Source: Candidatus Omnitrophota bacterium
GTDB taxonomy: Bacteria > Omnitrophota > Gorgyraeia > Gorgyraeales > Gorgyraeaceae
Reading direction: 5' to 3'
Assembly (NCBI GenBank): GCA_041653835.1
Contig: JBAZEP010000001.1
Coordinates: 19,082-83,081, forward strand
Length of the DNA: 64,000 nucleotides
Shown: in pieces, positions 47,289 through 56,427 of the stretch
Position numbering within the stretch: position 1 is the stretch's first letter
Layout: each line of letters starts with the position of its first letter
The notes under the pieces: generated by a model
The model's input: the letters and a program-made list of their open reading frames with translations, nothing else
Database searches by the model: none
Told to the model about the DNA's origin: nothing
Position numbers and translations under genes: made by a program

Positions 47289-47304
47289 ATTCTCCTCCTT
47301 TTAT

Positions 47305-48690
47305 TTAGAAGTCTATTTGCGCCCTCATGCCGCCGATAAATATACTGCTTGTATCATCTTCGACATCCTTTCCAAACGGATTCCATATATACTGGACATC
47401 CGGGCTGACGGATAGATGATTATTGACGTATATCCTGTAATACGTTTCCAGATGGCCCTCTGCCGCAGCCCTTGGGCTGGCAACGGAAGATGTGCCGATT
47501 TTTTTATAGTCATTGGATGGATATACCTGGCCTGCCGCGAAACCAAGAACATCTTTTTCCCTGCCCCATGATTTACCTTCCAATTGCAACCCGGCACTCC
47601 ATGACTGTTCCAGTGAGTATTCAAAACTATCCGCCGCAGCTTTGGTATTCGGGTTATATACTTTCGGATTCTGCCAGCCGTAACGGCAGAATAACGTAGC
47701 GATATCATTAGCCTTCTGGTCGAAACTTAAACCAAAACCATAGCTGTCTTCTTTCTGAGCGGAGGAGTCGTGCCATTTAGTATGAGCGGCGCTGTTGTTC
47801 CAGCCATATAACCTGTAGTTCCCCGGCTGGTTAAACAAGTTTGCCTTAAAAGTAACCTGGGCTATATTAAAAAGATTATCCCCTATCTTTTCCCAGTCGC
47901 CGTCCGCGTCTAAAATGCCGTATCCTAATTCAATGCACCCGTCCGGTATATAAGCTATGCGGATACCCGCTGTATTGTCCGGAAATTCCACCACAGGGGA
48001 ATTTCTGAATATCCTGCCAAGAAACTGGGTTGTCTCGTCATTGGCTATTTCGTTATTGTCAAAATAAATTGTGGGGTCTATTTTCCCGAAAACCGCCGCT
48101 GCTTTATCATTGAGTAAAACCTGTTCATACCAGAGTTCCGTAACCTGCACGTTTTCCGAGTCGCTCGCATCACGGTTAACATCACTATATAGGGTCAGGT
48201 TGTCTTCCAGGCCCGCGCCCTTACCCGCTTCAAGATGTAAAAAAGCTTTTCCGCCGGTTTCTTCGAATTCTTTACCTATAGTAATGTCTGTTGAATAGGA
48301 CGCGTCGGTCCTGGATTCTTTTTTGGTCACCCCGCTTGTAGCGTCATTGGTATTATTCGTTCCCTGGACTACCATAGTGGCGCCGACGCCTATTTCAAGG
48401 CCTTCCGCGATAGGTATGGGGACGCCTTCCTGCCTGTGCAAAGCCGTGCCAAACTCGCTTAGCTTTGATTCATACTCGGCGATTTTTTTATCCTGTTCAA
48501 GGATACATCTTTGCTGGTCCTCCATACATTTATCCTGTTTATTTAATCTTTCCTCCAAAATCTGGATGCGTGTCTTCAGTTTATCAATCTCATTCCTTAT
48601 GGGATTATCCTCAGCGAAAGAATTATTCCCAGCTAAAAATAAAAACACAATGGCAGTTAGGGCAATTTTTTTAAAACCCATCTTGAACAT
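47305..48690 (-). CDS. Outer-membrane porin with N-terminal coiled coil (OprB/carbohydrate-porin-like), candidate nickel/cobalt uptake porin
   Basis: Signal peptide MFKMGFKKIALTAIVFLFLAGNNSFA, then a ~70-aa coiled coil, then a beta-barrel ending in Phe. Start was moved to MFKM. It lies between nikR and cbiM. Confidence 0.5.
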   Translation of the reverse strand: MFKMGFKKIALTAIVFLFLAGNNSFAEDNPIRNEIDKLKTRIQILEERLNKQDKCMEDQQRCILEQDKKIAEYESKLSEFGTALHRQEGVPIPIAEGLEIGVGATMVVQGTNNTNDATSGVTKKESRTDASYSTDITIGKEFEETGGKAFLHLEAGKGAGLEDNLTLYSDVNRDASDSENVQVTELWYEQVLLNDKAAAVFGKIDPTIYFDNNEIANDETTQFLGRIFRNSPVVEFPDNTAGIRIAYIPDGCIELGYGILDADGDWEKIGDNLFNIAQVTFKANLFNQPGNYRLYGWNNSAAHTKWHDSSAQKEDSYGFGLSFDQKANDIATLFCRYGWQNPKVYNPNTKAAADSFEYSLEQSWSAGLQLEGKSWGREKDVLGFAAGQVYPSNDYKKIGTSSVASPRAAAEGHLETYYRIYVNNHLSVSPDVQYIWNPFGKDVEDDTSSIFIGGMRAQIDF

Positions 48691-48760
48691 TATCTTCCTC
48701 CTTTCCACTTTTATTGCTACTTTTTTTAAATTCGTGCCACCATAGTACAAAAAAATAATA

Positions 48761-49174
48761 TTAAAAATCCTTACCTAACGTCGTGACGCTGAGCGTCCCG
48801 TGTTTTACGCCCTTTACAACGCGTAATTTATCCGAGAGTTCCCTGATCTTGTTCGATTTTCCTTTTACGATAATTACTTCCAGGCAGTTATGGTGGTCCA
48901 AGTGGGCATGCTGGCTCGCCACTATCATGTCCTGGTACTCATGCTGTATGTCCACTATCACGTCCATCAATTCTCTTTTGTGGTGGTCGTACACGATGGA
49001 TATGGCGCCCGCGACTTCCTCGCCTTTATCCCACTCCTCTTTTACAAAGCTGTCTCGTATAAGGTCCCTTATCGCCTCAGAGCGGTTGGAATATTTCCTG
49101 CGGCCTATGAACCTGTCGAAATCTTCCAATAATCTCCTTTCCAGCGATACGCCGAACCTCACCAGTCCTGCCAT
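48761..49174 (-). CDS. nikR: Nickel-responsive regulator NikR (ribbon-helix-helix + nickel-binding domain)
   Basis: N-terminal RHH (RFGVSLERRLLEDFD...YSNRSEAIRDLIR). C-terminal His/Cys nickel-site residues (DHH...HEY...HAHLDHHNC). Confidence 0.85.
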   Translation of the reverse strand: MAGLVRFGVSLERRLLEDFDRFIGRRKYSNRSEAIRDLIRDSFVKEEWDKGEEVAGAISIVYDHHKRELMDVIVDIQHEYQDMIVASQHAHLDHHNCLEVIIVKGKSNKIRELSDKLRVVKGVKHGTLSVTTLGKDF

Positions 49175-49252
49175 ATAATCTATCCTCTTTTTAGCATGCC
49201 CGTGCTACTTATTTTAAAATTATAGCACTATTTTCCGCAAAGTCAAGCACAA

Positions 49253-49287
49253 AAGTTACATTTGTGACACTGTCACAAATGTAACTT
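49253..49287. repeat. Core-palindrome element copy 3: stem AAGTTACATTTG/CAAATGTAACTT around TGACACTGTCA
   Basis: Lies between the large glycoside-phosphorylase-like gene (stop overlapped) and nikR. It is the third occurrence of the identical 11-nt core inside an unrelated perfect 12-bp stem. Confidence 0.7.
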
Positions 49288-52200
49288 AGGAGAGATGGGC
49301 GTCTATTCTTTTTATTTTTCGGGTTCTTATGTCCAGGGCGTACGGCGGGTTTATTATGTCTCCCTGGATGTCTATTTTTCTTCCATCGTCGTATTCCAAT
49401 GTCATGGAAGTTATCCTCGCGGAATTTTTACCTGCGGTATTTTTCATTTCGGGATTGTGGTAAACTACGAGGGTTTTACCTAAAAATTTGAACGCGTATG
49501 TATTTTTTGGAAAGCCTTTGGAGGCCTTTTTCGTAAAAAGCCTTGACGGCAGCGCCGGGCTGAACCTCAGGCTTAACCCGTGTTTTTCATTTACGAAAAA
49601 CGGATTCCTGCCAGCGCTCATGACCAGCCATATATTCAGCATTTCCGCGGTAGAACCGCTCAGGCGCGCGACAAAACCCCTGCCGTGCATCTCAGGCTCG
49701 GGAAAAGCGCTGGAAACTATAAAAGAAGAATTCTCGAAGACGCTTCTCCCATATCTCCCGGGCTTTTGGAACGGGATCAGGACATTTTCGAACTCCGCGA
49801 AAAAGTCCTCATAAAGCCCTTTTTTCAATATCTCGAGCAGGTATTTATATTCCATGTGGAGCCATATTGATTCGTTTTCCAGCCAGCCCGGGGTAAATAT
49901 GGTGGAGCGGCCCGCTTCTTTGGATACATCTTCCAGGGATTCATTGATCCTGTACATCTTTAATTTGACGTCGTACAATCCGGTCTTTTTGAGAGAGTCA
50001 TACAATGCCTTTGCTTTTCCGGCGTCAGATTCGGTCTTCAACGCCCTTACGGGCCCTTCCAGGAACAGGGGCAGCCTTATACTCTTGAATTCCGTCGGCC
50101 TTACCAGGGGAAGGCCTTTTACGGGATCCTGCCTGCCCAATAACTCATATTTCACGACCTCATTTATAAAATATGTGGTGTACGCTTTTTTAGCCGGGTC
50201 ATACGCCTTCGCGGCCGCGCTGTCCGCCTTCAAAAGGAACCTGTCCAGCGCGGTCCTCAATTCCCCGGCGTTCATGGTTTTTTCTCTTCCGCTGAATCCG
50301 AGTTTTGTTCTATGCCTGTATTCTTCTTTGGCGGAATTGGACTTGTCCCAATAATTAAAATCGCTGCCGTCTTCTTTTATCGCATCCTCCAGATTTTTTA
50401 TGAACTCATGCAGTTCTTCCGGGAGATTAATGGTCAAACAATCATCTATATCGAGCTTTTTAAAGGCATTCAGTATGAATACAAGCTGGCGTTTCAATTC
50501 AAAGACCTCGGGAACCGAGGAACCGCAAAGCCCGGGCAGGCCGTTCATGGAATCGCACCAGCCCGGCTTATCAGCCTCCATTTCAATGCCTATGCCGGAC
50601 GGGTCGAGCGAAGATATCTTGTTTGCCGCGACGCAAAGCATCTTTACCAGGAGCGAAACCTTGTAAATATCCCCTTCCCCGTTATTCATCCGCATCGCGT
50701 GGGGATCGACAACGCGCTGTTTTATCAGATGGGTCTTTTTGGCGTCATGCTCCAGCGAATGGTATTGCCTTACAACACCCTCGCTCTTTAGAAGATATCT
50801 CCCTGAACGAGGTTTCACACAGAACATGTTGTCATAAAAGGTAAATTCTTTCTTATCCAGGAATATTTCTTTTAACTTATCGGGGTATACCCCCAGATAA
50901 CTTTCTACCAGATCCAGATTATAAGTCCAATGATCCACCCAATACCCTTCCCCGTGTTCCGCATCATAGATAATAACACAGTTTTTTGACAGGATATCGA
51001 GTAATTCGCGCCAGGATATTTTTAATTTTATGCCTTGCTTCTCTATTTCCATAAATAAGCTGCCGGGCGTAAACTCCGCGGACAGGGCAGGCTCTAATTT
51101 TTCGATATCAGCCGCGCTCATACTGTCTTTAAGCGCTGCCCTTAACGCCCCGGGGTCTTTCAACTTGAACTTTACCCCCCTTAAGACCAGCGGGTTATAT
51201 CCGTCCGACTGTATAAGGTTATAGAAATACAGTATATTGAAGTCCTTTATATCCGGGTCAAAGAATACATCGCTCCTGCGGTTCTGGTTTATATCCCTGT
51301 AGTTGCCGTCGCCCTGCGAAAAATAAGCCGGCTCTATCGAAAACTTATTGTAATCCCTTTCTAGATCCCCGTGTTTGCGCGAATACACATAAAACGCGTA
51401 GGTGTGGGCATTGGAACATGTCAGGGGTATCCCGCCCCTTATCACGTTGTCCAGGAATGCCTGGCCGCAATATGTATCGTACCTTTCATCCGCGCTCGCG
51501 GTAAAGATATTACCCCGGATCTCATTTATTATATTTTTATTCTCTTCTCTTTTCTCCGAGAAAAACTGTTCCGTTGACAGGATAGGGAGGAAAGAATTCA
51601 ATTTATCCTTCGAGCTCATGTGGCCCGATATGGCGTTGACTTTGATCTCTTCGCCCTTCCCGAGCTTAAAAGCCGCGTAAGCCATGGCGCTGGGCAATTT
51701 ATTCCGGTTCATCTGGTTCTTTGGTATCTTGAACCTGGCGGCGTCAACAAAATTAACAGGGTATGAAAAATCCGTTATATTATCGAATATCGCTTCCGGA
51801 TCTACCACGACAGGGAGCGGCCTTCCTGAAACAGAAGAGAGATAAAAATTCCCCTCTTCCACGAACTTGACCTCTGAGGCATCCTTGGGATCGACCTTTA
51901 ACCTGTAAAAAGGCGCGTTGCGCTCCAGGTTCTCCACCACCATCCATGCCTCGATAGTGCGCCTCATTTTTTGCAGAAAGAAATTGGAAGTGCCGTAAGG
52001 GATTATAAGAGGGGCACCGTCCAGCATTTCGCAGGAGATATCTTTTTTGGAGATATTCCTGATGGTAACTATCCTGGCAAGCCCGGCGAAAGGCTGGTTC
52101 GGTATCGTAAAATATTTTACCTCCACGCTCAAACCCAGAGTGGAGTTTATTTCCTCGATCCTCAGCTCATGCCCGCTGACGAACATGCGCTGTTTTATGA

Positions 52201-52528
52201 CGGCGTCTGTCTCACCCGAATAGGATTTGAAAGGCTCGTAGAAAATCCCGGCCTTACCCTTTTTGAGCTTCAAAAATGTGCGAAAACCCTGCGACGAGAC
52301 CAGCTGGTACGCCCTGTTCGCCGGGAAAAATTCCATTATCGAGCTGTCTTTGCCTTTTATCCCGAAACTACAGACAGCCTGCCCGCGGTTCACGTAGAAA
52401 ACCCACATGGGTATGCCGAATAACCCGGCTATCCCCGGAAGGAAATTGGAAAAAGTCCCTGCTAAATTATAATTCTCTATAACAAATTCGTTATTCGAAT
52501 CTATATAATATTTTACCTTTTTGTCCAT
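49286..52528 (-). CDS. Large (~1080 aa) glycoside hydrolase/phosphorylase-like protein, family unassigned (possibly GH94-type beta-glucan phosphorylase)
   Basis: Size and N-terminal beta-sandwich-like region followed by a long helical region are consistent with (alpha/alpha)6-barrel glycoside phosphorylases, and it is adjacent to GH5. No catalytic motif could be verified by eye. Start was moved to MDKKVKYY to remove the overlap with GH5. Confidence 0.35.
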   Translation of the reverse strand: MDKKVKYYIDSNNEFVIENYNLAGTFSNFLPGIAGLFGIPMWVFYVNRGQAVCSFGIKGKDSSIMEFFPANRAYQLVSSQGFRTFLKLKKGKAGIFYEPFKSYSGETDAVIKQRMFVSGHELRIEEINSTLGLSVEVKYFTIPNQPFAGLARIVTIRNISKKDISCEMLDGAPLIIPYGTSNFFLQKMRRTIEAWMVVENLERNAPFYRLKVDPKDASEVKFVEEGNFYLSSVSGRPLPVVVDPEAIFDNITDFSYPVNFVDAARFKIPKNQMNRNKLPSAMAYAAFKLGKGEEIKVNAISGHMSSKDKLNSFLPILSTEQFFSEKREENKNIINEIRGNIFTASADERYDTYCGQAFLDNVIRGGIPLTCSNAHTYAFYVYSRKHGDLERDYNKFSIEPAYFSQGDGNYRDINQNRRSDVFFDPDIKDFNILYFYNLIQSDGYNPLVLRGVKFKLKDPGALRAALKDSMSAADIEKLEPALSAEFTPGSLFMEIEKQGIKLKISWRELLDILSKNCVIIYDAEHGEGYWVDHWTYNLDLVESYLGVYPDKLKEIFLDKKEFTFYDNMFCVKPRSGRYLLKSEGVVRQYHSLEHDAKKTHLIKQRVVDPHAMRMNNGEGDIYKVSLLVKMLCVAANKISSLDPSGIGIEMEADKPGWCDSMNGLPGLCGSSVPEVFELKRQLVFILNAFKKLDIDDCLTINLPEELHEFIKNLEDAIKEDGSDFNYWDKSNSAKEEYRHRTKLGFSGREKTMNAGELRTALDRFLLKADSAAAKAYDPAKKAYTTYFINEVVKYELLGRQDPVKGLPLVRPTEFKSIRLPLFLEGPVRALKTESDAGKAKALYDSLKKTGLYDVKLKMYRINESLEDVSKEAGRSTIFTPGWLENESIWLHMEYKYLLEILKKGLYEDFFAEFENVLIPFQKPGRYGRSVFENSSFIVSSAFPEPEMHGRGFVARLSGSTAEMLNIWLVMSAGRNPFFVNEKHGLSLRFSPALPSRLFTKKASKGFPKNTYAFKFLGKTLVVYHNPEMKNTAGKNSARITSMTLEYDDGRKIDIQGDIINPPYALDIRTRKIKRIDAHLS

Positions 52529-52541
52529 TGGGGTAATTTTA

Positions 52542-53753
52542 TCAGATACGCCCGAAACTGGCAAGTAAATTAGCAAGAGGCTCGTTCTTTTTGAAGCCTT
52601 CGGTCTTCCATGACCCTATTATGGCGTTTTTATGCCCTTTCCAGAGAGTATAAAAATTCTCAAAACCGTAAACAGGCCCCTGGCGGCTGATCCATGGCGG
52701 ATTTGCCGTATATTGGTATATGCCGTCCGGAAATACGCTGTTGGAGACTGCCTTATATGTCCAATATGTCCAATGAAATCCGAACTCCTTAAAGCATTCC
52801 AGCGTATCCCTGACCCATTCGAGCTCACCGGAGCATTTTCCGCATCTCGAGTTCACTCCGAACTCGCCCGCGAAAACCGGCACATTCCATTTCTTGGAAT
52901 AACCGTGGTATGTTCCAAGTATCTCTTTTATTTTTTTAAAATTCCATGTTTCGCCGTTAATCCTGCCCGGGTAGCTGAGGTCCCTGTGAAAATTAAAAGT
53001 AAACTCCAAGGGATGATAAAAATGGATGCTGTAAGAAAGATTATCCGCGAACGGCTCGCCTATGTCTTCCAGGCGTTGTGACCATATATTGCCTTCCAGG
53101 AATATGATGTGCCCGCTATCCACCGCCCTTATCCGTTTTACAGCCTCTTTATAGAACGGCCTCAGTATTCCAGCGCCGCCTTTTTTTATGACAGGCTCAT
53201 TCAATATATTGTAACCCGCAACACCCTCTTCGCCTTTAAAATTCTCCGCCAACTCTTCCCATAACCTGTAATAACGTTCGCGGCATTTTTTATCTTTCCA
53301 TAAGGACATTTCGCCGTCGCTGTCCGCGTGCCAATCCTGGTTCTGCGAGCCAGGCGCGGCGTGCATGTCCAGGATACAGTAAATATCACGTTTCTTGCAC
53401 CATGAAACAGCTTTTTTCAAGAGGCCGATGCCGTTCTTATTTATAGAATGATTTTTGTCCTGATTCTCTATGAGTTTATGATTAAAGGGGAGGCGGACGC
53501 AGTTAAAACCAAGATTCGCTATATTTTTAAAATCCTCTTCTTTTATAAAATTATTCCTGAACTCTCTGGTAAAATTCTCCAGTTCTTTACCGCCCCAGCG
53601 CCTTGCCATCTCAGCTTTGAACGATTTCTCGGATATATTCCTGCCGTAAAGTATATACCCCTCCATCATAAGCCATCCGCCAAGGTTCACGCCGCGGAGA
53701 ATGATCTTTTTGCCCATAGAATCTATTATGGCGCTATCTTTTGTCTTTAACAT
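52542..53753 (-). CDS. Glycoside hydrolase family 5 (beta-glycanase/cellulase-like)
   Basis: The GH5 acid/base motif NILNEP is present, together with a second conserved glutamate region (FAGEFG) and GVNLGGWL near the N-terminus. Confidence 0.7.
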   Translation of the reverse strand: MLKTKDSAIIDSMGKKIILRGVNLGGWLMMEGYILYGRNISEKSFKAEMARRWGGKELENFTREFRNNFIKEEDFKNIANLGFNCVRLPFNHKLIENQDKNHSINKNGIGLLKKAVSWCKKRDIYCILDMHAAPGSQNQDWHADSDGEMSLWKDKKCRERYYRLWEELAENFKGEEGVAGYNILNEPVIKKGGAGILRPFYKEAVKRIRAVDSGHIIFLEGNIWSQRLEDIGEPFADNLSYSIHFYHPLEFTFNFHRDLSYPGRINGETWNFKKIKEILGTYHGYSKKWNVPVFAGEFGVNSRCGKCSGELEWVRDTLECFKEFGFHWTYWTYKAVSNSVFPDGIYQYTANPPWISRQGPVYGFENFYTLWKGHKNAIIGSWKTEGFKKNEPLANLLASFGRI

Positions 53754-53775
53754 TAAAAGGTTGGGCAGTTTAAGC

Positions 53776-53853
53776 TCATGCCCGGGAGCAAGTACTGCAG
53801 CCTTCTTTACAATGCGCCACAGGTCTTAACATATAATGTATCGTGACCTTCAT
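53776..53853 (-). CDS. Possible 25-aa upstream ORF (MKVTIHYMLRPVAHCKEGCSTCSRA) with strong SD, between leader element copy 2 and GH5
   Basis: GGAGG lies 5 nt upstream of ATG 53853..53851. The ORF ends 22 nt before the GH5 start. It is below the ORF-track size cutoff and whether it is coding is uncertain. Confidence 0.3.
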   Translation of the reverse strand: MKVTIHYMLRPVAHCKEGCSTCSRA

Positions 53854-53858
53854 GACAG

Positions 53859-53924
53859 CCTCCGAATTTTGTGGAACAAAATTCGTCCCGAGTCTCGCCA
53901 TCTACAGGTGGCGGAACGAGGGAC
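53859..53924 (-). ncRNA. Structured 5' leader element copy 2 (starts at the ogg stop codon, ends in the SD of the small ORF)
   Basis: Minus strand reads GTCCCTCGTTCCGCCACCTGTAGATGGCGAGACTCGGGACGAATTTTGTTCCACAAAATTCGGAGGctgtcATG. It is ~90% identical to copy 1 outside the loops. The P2 loop and the P3 loop (UCC vs UUC) differ. Confidence 0.6.
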
Positions 53925-53925
53925 C

Positions 53926-54555
53926 TCACTTGAATACAAACCCGGTCTCCCTGGACCAAAACAATAGGTCCAGTTCGTCCATGGGTATCCTGATATTCCT
54001 GCAAAAATCCCTGACCCTGTCCTCTACCCTGAGATATTCTTTTTTAGTCAATGATTTTGGGATCCTTTCTATAACCCCATAATCCTTCAGGTTTTTGAGT
54101 ATATGCACGTCCAGTATCGCCAGGTCCTCCCCGAAACCTATATTCCTTAAAAAATGGCTCGCCTCTTTATAGCCTATGCCTTTGACGTTTTCGACGAGCC
54201 ATTCCCTGGTCTTGAGTATATCCTTTTCGTCTATACAGCCCCTTATGGCAAAATGCCCGTTCTTTTTAAATAATCCCCTGGCGTTCACGATAAACTCGGC
54301 TTTCTTATTCAGGAACCTTGCCGCTTTCAGGTACGGGCTTATGGCCTTTGGACTGCCGCTGAATAGCAGGCCTTTCTTTTTCAGTTCCTTTATCGCCTTG
54401 TCGCACTCGATCGCTTCAGCCTGGGGCGTCAATATGCAGAAACACAACTCAGAAAAGACATGCCTATCGCCTTTTTTATAACTATCCTTAAAATCGTTAA
54501 GCCTTTTTTTAATCTCTTTTTTTCTTCTTCTGTACTCTTTCAAAAGTTTTTTCAT
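53926..54555 (-). CDS. ogg: 8-oxoguanine DNA glycosylase / N-glycosylase-DNA lyase (Ogg2/archaeal-type HhH-GPD)
   Basis: 209 aa with HhH-GPD motif VKGIGYKEASHFLRNIG and catalytic D in LDVHI. Confidence 0.65.
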   Translation of the reverse strand: MKKLLKEYRRRKKEIKKRLNDFKDSYKKGDRHVFSELCFCILTPQAEAIECDKAIKELKKKGLLFSGSPKAISPYLKAARFLNKKAEFIVNARGLFKKNGHFAIRGCIDEKDILKTREWLVENVKGIGYKEASHFLRNIGFGEDLAILDVHILKNLKDYGVIERIPKSLTKKEYLRVEDRVRDFCRNIRIPMDELDLLFWSRETGFVFK

Positions 54556-54572
54556 AGCTTCCGCTGTTAATG

Positions 54573-54809
54573 TCAGGTTATGCCGAGGGCGCGGGAGATA
54601 GCGTCCTTGTCAAAGCCCACTATTATAGTACCGTCTATATCCAGGACAGGCACTCCCATCTGGCCGGACTTTTCCATCATCTCGCTGCCCGCCTGGGGAT
54701 CGGCGCCCACGTCTATATTTTCGAACGGGATGTTGTTTTTCCTCAAAAAATCCTTTGTCATCATGCAATAAGAACACGTGGATGTGGAATATAGTTTAAC
54801 GTTAGGCAT
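54573..54809 (-). CDS. Glutaredoxin-like protein (CxxC thioredoxin fold)
   Basis: 78 aa with the CSYC active site in a thioredoxin-fold context (VKLYSTSTCSYCMMTKDFL), of Grx/NrdH type. Confidence 0.75.
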   Translation of the reverse strand: MPNVKLYSTSTCSYCMMTKDFLRKNNIPFENIDVGADPQAGSEMMEKSGQMGVPVLDIDGTIIVGFDKDAISRALGIT

Positions 54810-55284
54810 AACACCTCCTCCTTAATAACGACAGTTTAACGACATGCCTCTGTTCTTCTTTTATCAAACCTTCTATTATCCCGCGTTCCGCTTCCGGGAC
54901 AAAATTCTTCATCTCGTAATAAAATAATATGGAATCCCTTTCGAAACTCAACCCGAGCTCCACCGCCCGCTTCCCGTCCCTGACAGTCTCCGCCATGGCC
55001 TTGCCTTTTTTCTTTTTTGTGAAAATATACCCCTCGGATAACGCCTTTATATAACCGAAATAATCATCCGTATACGCCCCGGGCAGCTCGTATTTTTTAA
55101 CCGCCGAAACCATCTTCCTAAACACCTCCATATGCTTTTTTTCCTGGCCCGCCAGGTAGTTGAAGATATTCTTCGCGGCCTTTGTTTTCGACCTCGCCGC
55201 CACCGCCTTATAAAAATCAAAACCGTTCTTTTCTATCTGGATAGCCATTTCAGCTATCTCACTCCCGGAAAATATAACGTTCAT
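54802..55284 (-). CDS. Ferritin-like diiron protein (rubrerythrin family without rubredoxin domain)
   Basis: Two E-x-x-H motifs (QEKKHMEVF and EEQRHVVKL) in a four-helix-bundle-length protein of 160 aa. Confidence 0.6.
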   Translation of the reverse strand: MNVIFSGSEIAEMAIQIEKNGFDFYKAVAARSKTKAAKNIFNYLAGQEKKHMEVFRKMVSAVKKYELPGAYTDDYFGYIKALSEGYIFTKKKKGKAMAETVRDGKRAVELGLSFERDSILFYYEMKNFVPEAERGIIEGLIKEEQRHVVKLSLLRRRCYA

Positions 55285-55853
55285 GCTCCCTCCCCGGCTA
55301 TTTTAGCCCCGATATTAAAAGCCTCCTCCAGGCAGGCTGGGTATTTGGCTATGCCGCCTTTCTTGTCCGCGCCCGGGCAAAAAAGTTCATATTTATACGC
55401 CGCGTTTATGACGGCGAAAAAATTCCTGACCACCGCTCTGGCGTTCTCAAAAAAATCCTTCCTGCCGCTGCCTTCCACGGATATAAAAACGCCCGGGATC
55501 TTCTTATAGCCGGCGTCTTTTTTCAACACGTATTTAGCCCGCCACGCGCACTGAAACCTGTCTATCATCATCTTGGATTGGGCGCTTATAGAACCGAAGA
55601 ATATCGGCGACGCGAACACTATGGCGTCCGCCTCTTTTATCTTTTTATATACCGCGCCCATATCATCATTTATGAGGCAGGAGCCATCGTCCGGCATTTC
55701 TTCGCATTCCTGGCACGGGACAAATTCCAGGCTGTTCAGGATAATCTTCTCCGTATCAGCGCCTTTACTCCTGGCGCCTTCGAGAAGTTTATCCAGCAAT
55801 ATCTCAGTATTTCCGGCCGGCCTTGGACTGCCGTTTATGCCTAATATTTTCAT
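55281..55853 (-). CDS. NADPH-dependent FMN reductase family flavoprotein with Cys cluster (iron-sulfur-flavoprotein-like)
   Basis: Flavodoxin-like fold from MKILGINGSPRPAGNT, plus a compact CQEC...C motif. Start was set at MKIL (55853), 1 nt overlap with the rubrerythrin stop. Confidence 0.7.
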   Translation of the reverse strand: MKILGINGSPRPAGNTEILLDKLLEGARSKGADTEKIILNSLEFVPCQECEEMPDDGSCLINDDMGAVYKKIKEADAIVFASPIFFGSISAQSKMMIDRFQCAWRAKYVLKKDAGYKKIPGVFISVEGSGRKDFFENARAVVRNFFAVINAAYKYELFCPGADKKGGIAKYPACLEEAFNIGAKIAGEGA

Positions 55854-55854
55854 A

Positions 55855-56427
55855 TCAATAGTTTTCCGCCATGACCTCGTAATACGCCCTGGGGTGCGCG
55901 CACGCGGGACACTTATCCGGCGCTTCAGCCCCTTCATGGACATAACCGCAGTTGCGGCATTTCCATTTGACCGCTTTATCTTTTTTAAATACGGTGTTGT
56001 CTTTTATGTTTTTCCAGAGTTTTCTATACCTGGCTTCGTGCTGTTCTTCCACCTCCGCGATTTCCTTGAACTGGACAGCCACTTCCTCAAAACCCTCTTT
56101 GCGGGCAATCGCTTCGGCGTCTTTGTATAACATTGTCCATTCCAGTTTCTCGCCGTCCGCGGCCGCTTTCAGGTTATCCAGCGTATTCCCTATTACGCCC
56201 GCCGGGTAAGACGCGGTAATCTCCACATCGCCGCCTTCCAGCAATTTGAAAAATCTCTTGGCATGCTCTTTCTCGTTATCGGCTGTTTCCAGGAATATGC
56301 CTGATATTTGCTCATAGCCTTCCCTCTTAGCCGCAGCCGCGAAATAAGTATAACGGTTCCTTGCCTGCGATTCCCCCGCGAACGCCGCCAGGAGATTTTT
56401 TTCCGTCTGACTGCCTTTAAGTGTCAT
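55855..56427 (-). CDS. rbr: Rubrerythrin (diiron domain + C-terminal rubredoxin-like domain)
   Basis: The N-terminus TEKNLLAAFAGESQARNRY and the ExxH motifs define the diiron domain. The C-terminal CRNCGY...CPAC is a rubredoxin-like FeS4 site. Confidence 0.9.
   Translation of the reverse strand: MTLKGSQTEKNLLAAFAGESQARNRYTYFAAAAKREGYEQISGIFLETADNEKEHAKRFFKLLEGGDVEITASYPAGVIGNTLDNLKAAADGEKLEWTMLYKDAEAIARKEGFEEVAVQFKEIAEVEEQHEARYRKLWKNIKDNTVFKKDKAVKWKCRNCGYVHEGAEAPDKCPACAHPRAYYEVMAENY

Noticed and set aside
20629-49287. The repeated palindromes might be a CRISPR array.
   Set aside because: Copies are tens of kb apart rather than regularly spaced, and the repeat arms differ. There are no cas genes apart from a Cas4-like domain fused to a UvrD helicase.
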